Below are positions 21,978-33,409 of a stretch of 64,000 nt of DNA, one piece after another; within the stretch, counting starts at the first letter, position 1, and each line of letters opens with the position of its first letter. The translations under genes were made by a program, and so were the position numbers. The notes under the pieces are model-generated. The model worked only from the letters and a program-made list of their open reading frames with translations. It had not been told where the DNA came from and did not search any database. Source of the stretch: Histomonas meleagridis 2922-C6/04-290x. Taxonomy: Eukaryota > Protista > Parabasalia. The stretch covers positions 1 through 64,000 of the forward strand of contig JAANOX010000271.1 of NCBI GenBank assembly GCA_020184695.1, in the 5' to 3' direction.

Positions 21978-23015
21978 ATGCTCCGGCTTGAGAAAATTCT
22001 TGATGAGCATGGGTATGACTTGGGCGAAAAAGTTGGATATGGGTCATTTTCCAAAGTTTTCAAAGTTTTTAGCAGAAATTACAAGCAAATCTTTGTTGCA
22101 AAAATTATTGAGCGAAACTACAGACAACCTGAAAAGCAATGTAAACAGTATGAAAGAGAAGTTAATAGTCTCATGACCATTTTCCACCCAAATGTAATAT
22201 CAATATATGATCATTTTGAATGTGATGAAGCAATGTTTCTAATTTTAGAGTATTGTAATGGTGGTACCATAGATGGCTTTGTTGCAAAAAATGGACCACC
22301 TGATGACAAAACATTAGCCCGATTTTGCTCTCAAATTATTCAAGCACTTCTTTTTTGTCACAGTAACGAAATTGCTCACAGGGACCTCAAGCCATCCAAT
22401 ATCTTTATTGATCAATATGGTCGGATCAAGTTAGCAGATTTTGGACTTGCAGATCTCATCTCAAATGCAACATCTACCACATCAATGACCGGAACTAAAG
22501 CGTTTCTTCCCCCTGAAGCCTGGTATACCACACAGTATGACCTTAAGCTTGGTGATATATGGGCACTTGGTGTCACATTCTACTTTTTAGCCACTGGTGA
22601 ATATCCATGGGACTTCACTAGTGCCGCGTCTCTTGAGAATTCCATTCGAAATGCCGATTTTAGCATCCCTGATAAGGTTTCCAAACCATTTGCAGATATC
22701 ATAAATTGTCTTCTGCAAGTTGACCCATTGAAAAGAATGCCACTACAGATTCTTCTTCAACAAGATTTCTTCTCGCAAAATGTTATGCCACCGCCTGAAA
22801 AGAGCATTTTTCAGACCCCTCATCTCTTATCGGCAAGAACGAAAGTGAAAAGGAAATCGTTCATAGAGCCGCTGGTGGTCTCGTCGTCGTGTAAGGTGCA
22901 CGTGAAGAAGGTGACGTCTGGGAGAGTCGCTGCAGTTCGGTCATGCTCAAGTGTACCTCCGATCCCAACATTCAAATGTTATAATGGAAACTCAAAGTTA
23001 TGTTTGTTTAAGTAA
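21978..23015 (+). CDS. Ser/Thr protein kinase (CAMK group-like)
   Basis: GYGSFSKV, VAK, HRDLKPSN, DFG, GTKAFLPPE, DIWALGV. Confidence 0.95.
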   Translation: MLRLEKILDEHGYDLGEKVGYGSFSKVFKVFSRNYKQIFVAKIIERNYRQPEKQCKQYEREVNSLMTIFHPNVISIYDHFECDEAMFLILEYCNGGTIDGFVAKNGPPDDKTLARFCSQIIQALLFCHSNEIAHRDLKPSNIFIDQYGRIKLADFGLADLISNATSTTSMTGTKAFLPPEAWYTTQYDLKLGDIWALGVTFYFLATGEYPWDFTSAASLENSIRNADFSIPDKVSKPFADIINCLLQVDPLKRMPLQILLQQDFFSQNVMPPPEKSIFQTPHLLSARTKVKRKSFIEPLVVSSSCKVHVKKVTSGRVAAVRSCSSVPPIPTFKCYNGNSKLCLFK

Positions 23016-23200
23016 ATTTCAAATAGTTATTTTGAAAATTTTGTTTAATTTCAAAAATTCAATGAAAATGACTTTGTTAGCGAATTAAAGTTTTTATTGC
23101 TTAGCATACTAAAGAAGCTATAAGCAGAGTGTTTAGCAATTTGGATCAGTGGAAATGAATTTTTTTTTATTTTTTTGAGTTAACGGTCACTTAAAGGCGG

Positions 23201-25444
23201 ATGTCTAAAACAGTGAAGATATCTCCTGATGTAATTTATAGAATCACAGATGTAAAAAATCTTCAGCAACTATGCGTCGGGTTATTTAATAGATGCGAAA
23301 AATTAATTGAAGGGAAAAAGGCTTTGAAACAAAAAACAAAAGATCTTGAATCTAAAGTCAAATCACAAGAACTTGAAATAGAAAGCAATGCACAACTTAA
23401 CTCATCATTACAAGAAATGATAAGTTCATTATTAAAAGAAAAAGAACAGAAAGAATTAGAGATAAATTCCAACAATTCAACCAAAAACGAATCAACAGAA
23501 CAATTTAACCAAGAACTCGAAACATTAAAACAACGAAATAATTTTCTTGAACAAAGATTATCAGAATCAACTGAAGAACAAGAAGCTCTTTTAAATGTTT
23601 TTGAGCAAGAAAAAAAGTCGTATGAAGAACAAAATCAAAATCTTACAACAGAAATCGAAAATATGAAATCAACAAATAATGAATTATCACTTGAAAATAG
23701 CTCATTAAAATCACAACTCGAAGAATTACAAACACAAATCAATAAAATTAAAGAAAATAATTTTATAAATGAAAAAAGTAATCAAGACAATGAAGAACAA
23801 ATCAAATCACTTAAATCTCAAATCGAAGAACTTTTATTAAATAACGAAAAATTAACAAAAGAAAACGCAGAAATTCGTTCACAGCAAAATGAATTTATTA
23901 AATTAAATCAACAAAACAAAGAGCAAATCAACGAAATGAATCAAAATCTGGAAAAACTTAATTTAAGTTCTTCAACAAAACAAAACGAAAGCGAAGAAAT
24001 AATTCGCAATCTTCAACAACGAATTCAAAGTTACGAAATTAAACAAAACGAAAACGATGAAATTATTCGAAAACTTAAAGAAAAAAACGCTGAAATTGCA
24101 AAAGAAAAACTTTTAATCGACCAAATCAAAGAAGATTTCCAACGTAAACATTCGCAACTTGAATCAGATCTTGTTATGTCACAAGAACGCGAAGAATCAC
24201 TTTCGAACTCGTTAAAGCAGCAAATCTCTGATAACCAAATCAAAGAAGACGAAATATATAAACTCAAACAAAAGTTAAATGAGCTCGAAACCAAACAATC
24301 GCAAACGGAAAACGAAACACTTAAAACACTTAATACAGAAATCGAAAGTAAAACAAACGAAAACGAAATACTTAAAGCGCAAAACAATGAATTAAACAAT
24401 AAAATCAAATTACAAAACGAAGAAATTGAATCAAAAACAAAACAAATTAATGAAAACATTGAAACCATAAAACAACTTCAAACATTTGTTACTGAAACCA
24501 ATGAATTAAAACAAATGAAACAGAAACTTGAACAAGAAAACGAAAATCTCAAAACAAAAAACTTCGAATTAAATAACGCAATGAAAATTCAAACAACAGA
24601 ACTAAATAATAAATCAAATCAAATTACAGAAAATTCATTTGCAATAAAACAATTTGAATCTGAAAACGACGAATTAAAACAAATCAAACAAAAACTCGAA
24701 CAAGAAAACGAATCACTTCAATCGCGTGTTGAAGAACTTACAACATATTATAACGCAAAAGAACTTGAGCCATCGACTGAACAACTCCAATCATTAATAA
24801 AAGAAAAAGACGCGACGATATCAAAGCTTAAGACGCTTGTTCAACGCGCAGTTAAATCTGATCAACGAAAGCAACAAGAAATCGAAGCGCTACAAAATGA
24901 ACTTCAACAAAACATTGACACCAAACGAAACATAACAATTGATTCAACAACATCTGATTTAATAAACACTGTAACTAAATATGAAACGCAAATTAAGGAA
25001 TTGCAAATGAGACTGCAAAATTCAAAAGCAACAAAAGAAATCGAAGAAAGAAATCTAAAACTCGAACAAATGATCGAAAAGTCGAACAGAATATATTCGA
25101 CTTTATTGGAACAAAATCGAATTCTGAAAGATGAAAAGGAAAGAAATAAAGAAATAACATTAGAAATGGATAAGCCATCGATTGTTGTCGATTTGGAGCC
25201 ATTGGAATTGGATAAAAGAATAAAATTGGAAGAAAGAAAAATGAAAAACGAAAAGAAAATTACAGATAAATATTTAAAAAGAGTTTTGCTGCAATTCTTC
25301 TTGCAAGATGATGAAAAGAAAGCACAATTGATACCTTTGATACTGGAGCTGGTGGGCTGTAACAAGCAACAAACAGCTGCTGCAGTGAGGCAATGGCAAA
25401 GATCAGCACCAGCAGCAAAGTCAAAGGGCGTCTTCGGTTTCTGA
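23201..25444 (+). CDS. Coiled-coil golgin with C-terminal GRIP domain
   Basis: Long heptad-rich E/K/Q/N region, then KYLKRVLLQFF...QLIPLILELVG, which fits a GRIP domain. Confidence 0.8.
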   Translation: MSKTVKISPDVIYRITDVKNLQQLCVGLFNRCEKLIEGKKALKQKTKDLESKVKSQELEIESNAQLNSSLQEMISSLLKEKEQKELEINSNNSTKNESTEQFNQELETLKQRNNFLEQRLSESTEEQEALLNVFEQEKKSYEEQNQNLTTEIENMKSTNNELSLENSSLKSQLEELQTQINKIKENNFINEKSNQDNEEQIKSLKSQIEELLLNNEKLTKENAEIRSQQNEFIKLNQQNKEQINEMNQNLEKLNLSSSTKQNESEEIIRNLQQRIQSYEIKQNENDEIIRKLKEKNAEIAKEKLLIDQIKEDFQRKHSQLESDLVMSQEREESLSNSLKQQISDNQIKEDEIYKLKQKLNELETKQSQTENETLKTLNTEIESKTNENEILKAQNNELNNKIKLQNEEIESKTKQINENIETIKQLQTFVTETNELKQMKQKLEQENENLKTKNFELNNAMKIQTTELNNKSNQITENSFAIKQFESENDELKQIKQKLEQENESLQSRVEELTTYYNAKELEPSTEQLQSLIKEKDATISKLKTLVQRAVKSDQRKQQEIEALQNELQQNIDTKRNITIDSTTSDLINTVTKYETQIKELQMRLQNSKATKEIEERNLKLEQMIEKSNRIYSTLLEQNRILKDEKERNKEITLEMDKPSIVVDLEPLELDKRIKLEERKMKNEKKITDKYLKRVLLQFFLQDDEKKAQLIPLILELVGCNKQQTAAAVRQWQRSAPAAKSKGVFGF

Positions 25445-26478
25445 TCAAAACATGAAAATTTGTGTTAATAAAATATAAACATTTAAAAATTAAAAATAAT
25501 ATTTAAATAGTAATTATGAGTTATTGAGAAGGAGTTTTCATCGTTTTTTATATTGCCTATAGGCATTTTATATAAATGACAAAAATTATATAAATTAAGA
25601 GCATAAAACAGTATGTAATAAGTTTTATGCCTGTTCAGTTTTCTAGAATTTTAATATGGATTTCATACAATTTGTTTGATACAAATATGATAATAATCAC
25701 ATGATAAAATTAAGTCAAAATGTGGTAACCAAAATTGTAATCTGAAGAAAATGCAAAAAAACCCACCTTAGGACTAACAAGAAAAACCTGTATATTAAAA
25801 AATTTATTGTCACAATTAGAAAATGTGTGTTTTTAAGCACAAAATCTCATGCTTAAAAACACACATTTCCCAGTTGTTCTTTGCTCAAAAATAAAGGAAA
25901 TATGATTAATATACTGCATGATAAACATATTCCTTATTTTCTTAGGACAAACCAGAAAAATTTTCAAAGGTCTTTTAATTCAAATTTGAATTAAGTCGGT
26001 TTTTTAATTTGAATTATTTTCCCCAAAAAACTTTGCACAAGAGGTTTTTTCCAAAATCTTCGTAAGATAAAAGTGCCAAACAGACAATAATTTTTCAATT
26101 TCCGAATGATTTAAAAGTTTCATGGCAACCAAAAAAGAACGCTAATTAGCGAAAAGACATCGTTTATTAATACTTTGATTTGTAAGCCGATACGTCTTGA
26201 TTTATTAAAGTAAATGTCTATCTTAATAAAAACGAATAAATGTGTTTTTGAATAGTTTATTATTTCTAATCCGATACAAGACATCCTTTTTGATAAGAAA
26301 TATTAAGACATTTTTTTGTAAAACATTTGTAAACTTCTCAATTCCAGATTTTTACAAAATATTTTTTTAAGCGCTGAAAAACTTGTATCGTTGCCTCAAA
26401 TCCTCGTTGACTCACAAAATAATTCAAAAACCAACGGTTTTGAATCTCTTACTCAAAATACCCGGAAAAGTGGCTATA

Positions 26479-27480
26479 ATGAGCAAACGAAATCAGAGTC
26501 TTGATTATTCTCTCAAGCAGCCAAGCAATCCATCTGAATTCATTACGCCTTTTTTGTGTTATTACAATGCCTTTAATAATGGTTTACCATGTAATCTAAT
26601 TAAACCTATGGAAATTTCTTTTCAAAAGAATGGTAAACCAAAAAAACTAAAGAAACAAAAACAAAATTTTTGCGTAAACCCAATCTTGGTTACCATTCAA
26701 CAAAATAATTTTCAAGTATTTGAAAATATGAAAATTCCACAAGTTCAAAAAATTAGAATATTGCCAAATGCTATGCCCATTCCAGGTGGTAGTGTTTCGG
26801 TTTCAAGAAGAGAATTGCCCATACCACAAATTTCTCCACAAAGAAAGAAATCACAATGCACAAAGCCCAAGACTTCTGAGCCGGGCGCGTTGAAGCACAA
26901 GACGTTTGAAGTTGGGCAAAATTCTCTTGCTATATATCTCCCTGATAATTCAGATGAAGACAAGAAATTTGCCCAACTTTGCCATAATTACACTGTGCAG
27001 ATTAATCCATGTCAGATGGGATTCATTCCTCACAAGTATTTCCTAAATCAATATTATTCGTTTGGAAGTATTGTTGGAGATTACTTCCAAAAGAAGAATA
27101 ACCCGAACTGTAGATTCCTGCATAAGCTATATAATGCAATAAAATTGGGAGAAATGTATCCAGAATATTTGCCATATGTTGGTGTATCTTGGATATCAAA
27201 CGAGGTTCTTCAAGTTTCTAAATACAGATTTGCAAGGCTCTTAGGGATCAAGACAGTTGATGGATCCCTCTTCCATAGGCAAGGAAATTTTAGATCTTTT
27301 GGATTTGTTGAATTGACGAGTGAAGAAATCATACAAGAATTTGGTGTTCAAAAATTAGAAAGTTTGGATTTAGAAGTTGAAAAGCTTCTGAAGCATGAAG
27401 AAGGAATTTTTATAAGAAATGGAGATATCGAAAAAATATTGGAAATGTGTAAATGGGTAAGTACCAAGGTTCGATCTTGA
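26479..27480 (+). CDS. Initiator-binding-domain (IBD/IBP39-like) protein
   Basis: RFLHKLYNAIKL..YP..VGVSWI...FARLLGIKTVDGSLFH.QGNF.SFGFVEL matches the parabasalid IBD family pattern. Confidence 0.75.
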   Translation: MSKRNQSLDYSLKQPSNPSEFITPFLCYYNAFNNGLPCNLIKPMEISFQKNGKPKKLKKQKQNFCVNPILVTIQQNNFQVFENMKIPQVQKIRILPNAMPIPGGSVSVSRRELPIPQISPQRKKSQCTKPKTSEPGALKHKTFEVGQNSLAIYLPDNSDEDKKFAQLCHNYTVQINPCQMGFIPHKYFLNQYYSFGSIVGDYFQKKNNPNCRFLHKLYNAIKLGEMYPEYLPYVGVSWISNEVLQVSKYRFARLLGIKTVDGSLFHRQGNFRSFGFVELTSEEIIQEFGVQKLESLDLEVEKLLKHEEGIFIRNGDIEKILEMCKWVSTKVRS

Positions 27481-27791
27481 TCAAATGTACTGTTGATATA
27501 AATAAAAATTGTTACAGATAATTTCGTCAATACGTTGTTTCAAGTTGTAGGTGTTGCAAGTTTTTGATGCGTAGCTGCAATTGAAAAGCTTGAGAAAATG
27601 GTGGTTTTCCTATCGTTTGAACAGAATTCTGTTAGATAAACAACACAAAAAAACAATTATTTTCAATTAATATGACACTTTAAACACCATCCTCTCAAAA
27701 TGTTCGGCTTTTTGATACAAGATCTCTGTAGGATCATTTTCAATTCAAACTGTGAGTTGATCAACTTTTTCAAACGGTTTTAGGAGAGCCA

Positions 27792-28298
27792 ATGAATGCG
27801 TTAAAAAAAATTCAAATCGATCTAAAAACAGCAGAAGACAACATGAAGACGTATGTAAACGCTTTAAAAGATAATGCAACAAAGTGGGTGTCAATTCGTA
27901 CTTCATTTAAAAATCATAAAAATGATTTAATTACATTTGAGGAATTTCCTGATATACAAAGCAGGTTAGAAATGAATCAAGCTTCAATATGTGATTCTAT
28001 CATTGCAGAAATTGGAAAAGACTTAGTTATGTACGAACATACAATAATAACAAACCGTGGTGTGTTGGCAAAGGCAAAACAAACTTTAGCTTCTAAACAG
28101 ATCGATGCTGCATGGGAATTTCCACCAACAACTACATTTGTTGGAGATAACATTCACGATGCGGCAGTTGCTCTTGAAGAAGCATCACTATCACTTGAAG
28201 CAAAACGCTTAGCTTTATATAGGTTAACTTCTGAGTCCACATCAATTGAACCAGACATGATTTTCAGATTTGTTGATTCATTTCTTAATTTCAGCTAA
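27792..28298 (+). CDS. Hypothetical protein
   Basis: Intact 168-aa ATG ORF, helical composition. Confidence 0.7.
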   Translation: MNALKKIQIDLKTAEDNMKTYVNALKDNATKWVSIRTSFKNHKNDLITFEEFPDIQSRLEMNQASICDSIIAEIGKDLVMYEHTIITNRGVLAKAKQTLASKQIDAAWEFPPTTTFVGDNIHDAAVALEEASLSLEAKRLALYRLTSESTSIEPDMIFRFVDSFLNFS

Positions 28299-28679
28299 TT
28301 TTCCACTTTCATTGCAGAACATTTTTTGTTTCTTTTAGAATAATTTTGCTAAATTATGCTAAAATTGATAAATGTAATGAAAGTCGTTTTCATGTAAAAT
28401 TGTTTATATACATTACTATTCAATAAATAGAACATCTGTCCTATTGTTGGTATTAAGAGCTTTGATTTAATATTGAGGTGGTGCTTGTTTTTTCTGCTAT
28501 TAAATTGAATGAAAAGTAATCGATCTATGCACAAAAAGTTCCCAAATTCACGGTAATTTTTCACTTTAACGGTTTTCGTTTTTTCAATGTGTTGTTAAAA
28601 ATTAATAAGTGGAAACCCTCAAAAACAATTGTTTTGTTTCACTTTAGTGCAAAACATCACTTTAAAGAATGCGTTGAAG

Positions 28680-29100
28680 TGCCACTCGAAGGCTTGTGTC
28701 TATCAAGTTCCAGAAGGCCAAGATTGTAAACAAACAAACCAGTTCTTAGTGATATATATTAATTAATTCAAGATGCATGTTATGATAACGTAAAGAAGGC
28801 CTTTGAAACACCAATGAAGATGTTATGCCTTGGTTATCTCGATCTCTCAACCATATGGAGATTACTATGGTTTATGGCGTGCATTAATGCAATTGATTCA
28901 AGCTCCTATGCTGAACGCATCCTTGACCTCTGCTTTATGTCAAGGTTATCCCAAATGTTAATCAAGTTGAAGTTCACGTAATAATCAAATAAAAGCTATC
29001 AAGCTCTTCAACTAATGTAAATTCGGAATTAGTTAGAAACGAAAGTATAATTGAAAATTTGAACATTTGGGATTTCAAGTTAACTGATGAAGAAAAACAA
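28680..29100 (+). pseudogene. Degraded aldo/keto reductase (bacterial 2,5-DKG reductase type)
   Basis: Broken frames give VYQVPEGQDC, LGYLDL-SQPYGDYYGLWRAL and ENLNIWDFKLTDEEK, which are ordered AKR segments. Confidence 0.7.
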
Positions 29101-29423
29101 ACTAGTTAACTATTATTTACAATCACCAAGATACAGAATTAATAAAGATGCTTAGCAATTTAAAAGTTCATTAAAACTTTAAAGCAAGATTAATAATCTC
29201 AAATTATTTTAAAGCATTAATGCATATTAATATTTATTTATAAATAAAAACGAATTTTTTTAGTGATATCATCTACTAAGGTATAAGAATATATAAATAA
29301 TATATTATAGTAATATATGTTTTAAACTATGGTGTTATTCTTGAAAGTTCTTAGCAGTAATTAATTCGACCGTTTAAATATCGATTTTCAATATAAACGT
29401 CCGTTTTTCCGGTGTGAAAATTT

Positions 29424-30014
29424 ATGAAAACAAATCAGAACACAGACGAAAGCCAATTTCGAATTATCCTGGGATATATTCGATCTAAGAATACATCTTC
29501 CGAATCTATTTACTATTCAAAGCTTGGGACCCTTGCTACAGTTTCCATTCATGGGTATGCACATGTAATCCAACAAGTTGCATCAGGTCTTTATATTGCT
29601 GAGCAAAAAATGATGTTAATACGACAAGCAAAAGATCTTAGTGAATCTATTTATCGTTCTTTTAATCTTGTTTTTGGACCAAAAGCAATTTTACAATTCC
29701 AACAAAAGTACAATGAATTATGTTCTTATCGCGAAGTTTTAGCTATACCAAAGTTTAACAGCTTTTGCATCAGCCACAAAGTCCCATTACCAACAATTCC
29801 ACAGAAAAAAATTCCACCGTTAAACGATGTCGGCGGTTATATACGTTATGTTGCAGAAACAGCGAAAAATTATTTTAATCCAGATACCAAAAATCGTCTA
29901 TTTGAACTGTTCCCAATCTCCCCTCCTCCAATATCAATTGATACTGTACAATCAAAGCAGAATGATGAACCAAAAAAGGAAATTGTTATGGCTAAATACC
30001 CAAGTATGCAATAA
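29424..30014 (+). CDS. Hypothetical protein
   Basis: Intact 196-aa ATG ORF. Confidence 0.7.
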   Translation: MKTNQNTDESQFRIILGYIRSKNTSSESIYYSKLGTLATVSIHGYAHVIQQVASGLYIAEQKMMLIRQAKDLSESIYRSFNLVFGPKAILQFQQKYNELCSYREVLAIPKFNSFCISHKVPLPTIPQKKIPPLNDVGGYIRYVAETAKNYFNPDTKNRLFELFPISPPPISIDTVQSKQNDEPKKEIVMAKYPSMQ

Positions 30015-30058
30015 ATAATGGCTTTGTATGTGAATAAATTTTATTTAAAAAAAAAATA

Positions 30059-30481
30059 TTAGTTAGTTGGATTACCGTTTGGATCTTGCAGAACAACATA
30101 ATCAAGATAAGGAGAAATCAGAGGATAATTCTCATCAAACCATTTGATAAGTACTGTTTTTCTCCGTTTGGCATCTCGATCTAACTTTATTTTTGCAGAA
30201 TTTGCTAAAACTGTTGCTATACTTACAAGTTCTGGTTGCTTAATATTCACACCAAATCTCCTTGTGATTTCCTTCCAAACAAGACTTTCCTTGGGATTAA
30301 AGCCAGAAAGTCTTCCGTTTATTCTCTTTTTCTCAGGATTGAGTTCTGGAGTTGTTGAATTTATGTACGTTTCAAACGATGGATTTACAATTTCTTGATG
30401 TGCGAGGATTTCATTTAAGTGGCATAGAGGGGAATTTGCTTCTGGAGTTTCTAGCAGTCCTTGCTTTGGTTGTTCGCTCAT
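30059..30481 (-). CDS. Small basic parabasalid-type protein (KLDRDAKRRKTVLIKWFDEN), possible DNA-binding factor
   Basis: Intact 140-aa ORF with a basic helical motif; family recalled from trichomonad proteomes, function inferred. Confidence 0.6.
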   Translation of the reverse strand: MSEQPKQGLLETPEANSPLCHLNEILAHQEIVNPSFETYINSTTPELNPEKKRINGRLSGFNPKESLVWKEITRRFGVNIKQPELVSIATVLANSAKIKLDRDAKRRKTVLIKWFDENYPLISPYLDYVVLQDPNGNPTN

Positions 30482-30768
30482 GCCCTGATTTTAAAAACCC
30501 GCCATTTATAACCTGAAAAAGTGCATATTGAATTTTTTGAGTGTAAACCTGTCAATGCCACTTTTCCTAATGTAATTAAACATTTTGTGTCTATAAATGA
30601 ATTTTTATCATAATTTAATCATCCAATTCTACTTGTTTAAAATTTCTTATTTATTTTTTTTTTATAAGCATAAATAAAGATTTATAATATGAAAAATATT
30701 TTAGATCAGATTTCACATTTTGAAAAGAAATAAATTTGTTTAAATAAATATTTATTTAACACTTATAT

Positions 30769-31881
30769 TTATGGGGCCATTGTTCTATTATACAGATATT
30801 TCACGACGTACGCGAGTATGCAGCACACTCCTTGGAATATGACAAGTTCCAAACATAATCTTTTCTCTGTTTTCGGGCCGAACAAAATTAGCCAATAATT
30901 TACTACGTTTAAGTTCTCTTTTCTTCCTTCGAGTTTTAATGATTTCTCGTTTAACTTCGGCAATCGATGTCTTCCACATTTTATGATTCCGATCAGTTGA
31001 GGAAGTGAGAAAACAAAGTTTATTAATTGTGGCAACATGAACAAAAGAGTCATCTCAGCAAAGTGGCCGATGATTCCAGCGGCGGCAATAACAGATCCAG
31101 CAGTTAATGTGAATGTGTCACCGACAAATACACGCGATGGGTACCAGTTGAAATAAAGCAAAGCAAAAGTCGTGGCAAGAAATGGTATTAATAAACACGC
31201 GGCTGCACGTGAGTTTTCATCATACGACCAATATGAAATACAATGGAAAAGAAGAAAACAGCCAACAACAAATGATTGGCCAGCTTCAAGTCCATTGATA
31301 CCGGCATAAATATTGATGCTATGAGTGCAGAAAACAAAAAGACAGATAATATAGACAAGATAAAGTGGTCCAATGTCAATGCAATCAAATTTGAAAAGAG
31401 ATTTTAATGGTGATAAAAAGCCATGAAGACAAATGGTGGTGGAACCACTATAGCCTAAAATAATGGGAAGACATGAAATAAAAGGAATGACAATCTTAAC
31501 ACGCCATGGAATATTCAGGACATCATCAGCAAAGCCTAGAAGAGTGGTTATGATAATGGCAATTATTCCTGGGTAAAGAGCATCTTTGCTTTCTGAAAAT
31601 GAAGCAATTCCAACAAGTAATAAAATAAGAATGAAAGATGTCTCAAGACCCATTGATTCTGGAATTCTAATACTTCCTTGTTTGTTGATATCAATACCAG
31701 AGAGTTGTGCATGAATATGTGATGGGATACACTTTGGAATGAAAATTAACAGAGCAAAGTAACCAATGATTGATATTATAATTATTATTGCTAAGTTCCA
31801 AGAGAAGCTGTTATTGATAATACATGTGATTGCAACAGGAATTAAATAAAGTAAAAGAGCCCAATATGAGGCTGAAGGCAT
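30769..31881 (-). CDS. ALG7: UDP-GlcNAc:dolichyl-phosphate GlcNAc-1-phosphotransferase
   Basis: Multi-TM protein with LGFADDVL, SINIYAGINGLEAGQS, FNWYPSRVFVGDTF and LLFMLPQLINF motifs. Confidence 0.95.
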   Translation of the reverse strand: MPSASYWALLLYLIPVAITCIINNSFSWNLAIIIIISIIGYFALLIFIPKCIPSHIHAQLSGIDINKQGSIRIPESMGLETSFILILLLVGIASFSESKDALYPGIIAIIITTLLGFADDVLNIPWRVKIVIPFISCLPIILGYSGSTTICLHGFLSPLKSLFKFDCIDIGPLYLVYIICLFVFCTHSINIYAGINGLEAGQSFVVGCFLLFHCISYWSYDENSRAAACLLIPFLATTFALLYFNWYPSRVFVGDTFTLTAGSVIAAAGIIGHFAEMTLLFMLPQLINFVFSLPQLIGIIKCGRHRLPKLNEKSLKLEGRKENLNVVNYWLILFGPKTEKRLCLELVIFQGVCCILAYVVKYLYNRTMAP

Positions 31882-32008
31882 TCCTTTGGTCAGAGGGTTT
31901 AAGAATGTAAAGTTATCAAAATATGTTATCATACATTCTTTGAAAAAACGGTCTCGTTGGGGTGCTCCAATAAACCGTTGTTTAGGATTTTTATTTTTTT
32001 GGGCACAA

Positions 32009-33409
32009 ATGAATTGGATTTCTGTTCAAATTATTGATGATTCATCAGCTGAAAGCAGTGATGAAGATCCAATTGAAATCCATCGAGAAAATAATTTTAA
32101 CTTTGAGGCATTCAAAAACTTTTGGAAATATAATTCGACAGAAGAAGAAATTGAGCAAAATCCTACTGCCATCGAATCAATAGGCAATGCTTATCAGCAT
32201 TTATCACATGCAATATCAGATATAAATTCTGTAAATTCGATTCTTCAAAACATTTCAAAAGTTAATTCAATAACAACCCAAAAAATCAAGCCAGAATCTG
32301 ATTATGAATTTTCTTCATTTGATGCCATTGCCGAAAAGCGATCTATCTTAGAAAAGTGTAGTTCATTTTTATTATCCACAGCTTCTTCACTTCGTGATGA
32401 AATCAGAAATAGCCAAAGTTATTTTCATTCCTTATCCAACATTTCCAAGAAGATACCACTTGAATTACGAGAATCACAAGGGAAAACTGAAATTCATGTT
32501 GTTACATCAATACATACTAAAACATCCATTATCATATCCCAAAATCCCGATTCCACTCCTCAATGGTCTTTATCAAGTCCATTTTATTTTTCAATTAATT
32601 CCAAAACGCTTGAAATTGATTCATCTTCCATATATGTTCATCTCCTTATTAACCTTATGTGCCATGAGCTTTTTGAGCGCTTCAAAAGCGGCCAATCGAA
32701 ATCATCGATCCATTACTCCGCCGATGAAAACCGTAAATCGATCAACCTCTATATTGGCGGTTTTGACACCTGGCTTTTCGAGCTGGGCGAAAAAAAGGAA
32801 ACGGGACCAGTTCCAATATGGTTTCCTCGATTAATAAGCTCTGTATTTTATCAACTTGTTGATCCTGCTATCCATTTCAGCCAGATGTTTTCTTTTATTT
32901 CAGCAAATGAAATGGTAACTCAGTCTCTTAAGAAAAGATTCTCTTATTTAGACATTTGTTCCATGTTTGTAAGATACAAGGGAACATATGTTGGTTTCCA
33001 AATAAGCTCAGATTTCTTACAGATTCCATTAGCAATTTTTCTTAATCCAGAACGTTTGATCCTTACTGAGACTCCAAATGAATTAAGATATACTCTTTAT
33101 AACACAGATGGTAGAGGCTTAACACCTGTTATTGAGAAATGGTGCGATGAATCTTATTCAGTACTTTTTTTGTCAATGGCCGAAAAAGTAACGCTTTCGT
33201 TTGGCTTTGTGTTTAACAATAAGAACCATTATGGAACAGCAAAGCTTGGGCCAAAGAAAGTGAAGTTTTCACCAGTTCCCAAATCTCGAGAAGTCGAAAT
33301 CACAATCATCACAAAGACAACGAAAAAGTTAAAATGGAGCGAAATCCCTGGTACAAATTATATGACAAAAATGTGTATTTTATTGTTCAACGATTCACAA
33401 CTTACATAA
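32009..33409 (+). CDS. Hypothetical protein
   Basis: Intact ORF, likely ATG 32009, divergent from ALG7. Confidence 0.75.
   Translation: MNWISVQIIDDSSAESSDEDPIEIHRENNFNFEAFKNFWKYNSTEEEIEQNPTAIESIGNAYQHLSHAISDINSVNSILQNISKVNSITTQKIKPESDYEFSSFDAIAEKRSILEKCSSFLLSTASSLRDEIRNSQSYFHSLSNISKKIPLELRESQGKTEIHVVTSIHTKTSIIISQNPDSTPQWSLSSPFYFSINSKTLEIDSSSIYVHLLINLMCHELFERFKSGQSKSSIHYSADENRKSINLYIGGFDTWLFELGEKKETGPVPIWFPRLISSVFYQLVDPAIHFSQMFSFISANEMVTQSLKKRFSYLDICSMFVRYKGTYVGFQISSDFLQIPLAIFLNPERLILTETPNELRYTLYNTDGRGLTPVIEKWCDESYSVLFLSMAEKVTLSFGFVFNNKNHYGTAKLGPKKVKFSPVPKSREVEITIITKTTKKLKWSEIPGTNYMTKMCILLFNDSQLT

Noticed and set aside
23263-25448. Antisense ORFs over the golgin (and similar shadows over kinase, ARP, BspA, CHD and BEACH genes)
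   Set aside because: Shadow frames of biased coding sequence with no motifs.
32009-33409. Mediator MED17-like identity
   Set aside because: Only a vague helical resemblance; not supportable without a profile search.
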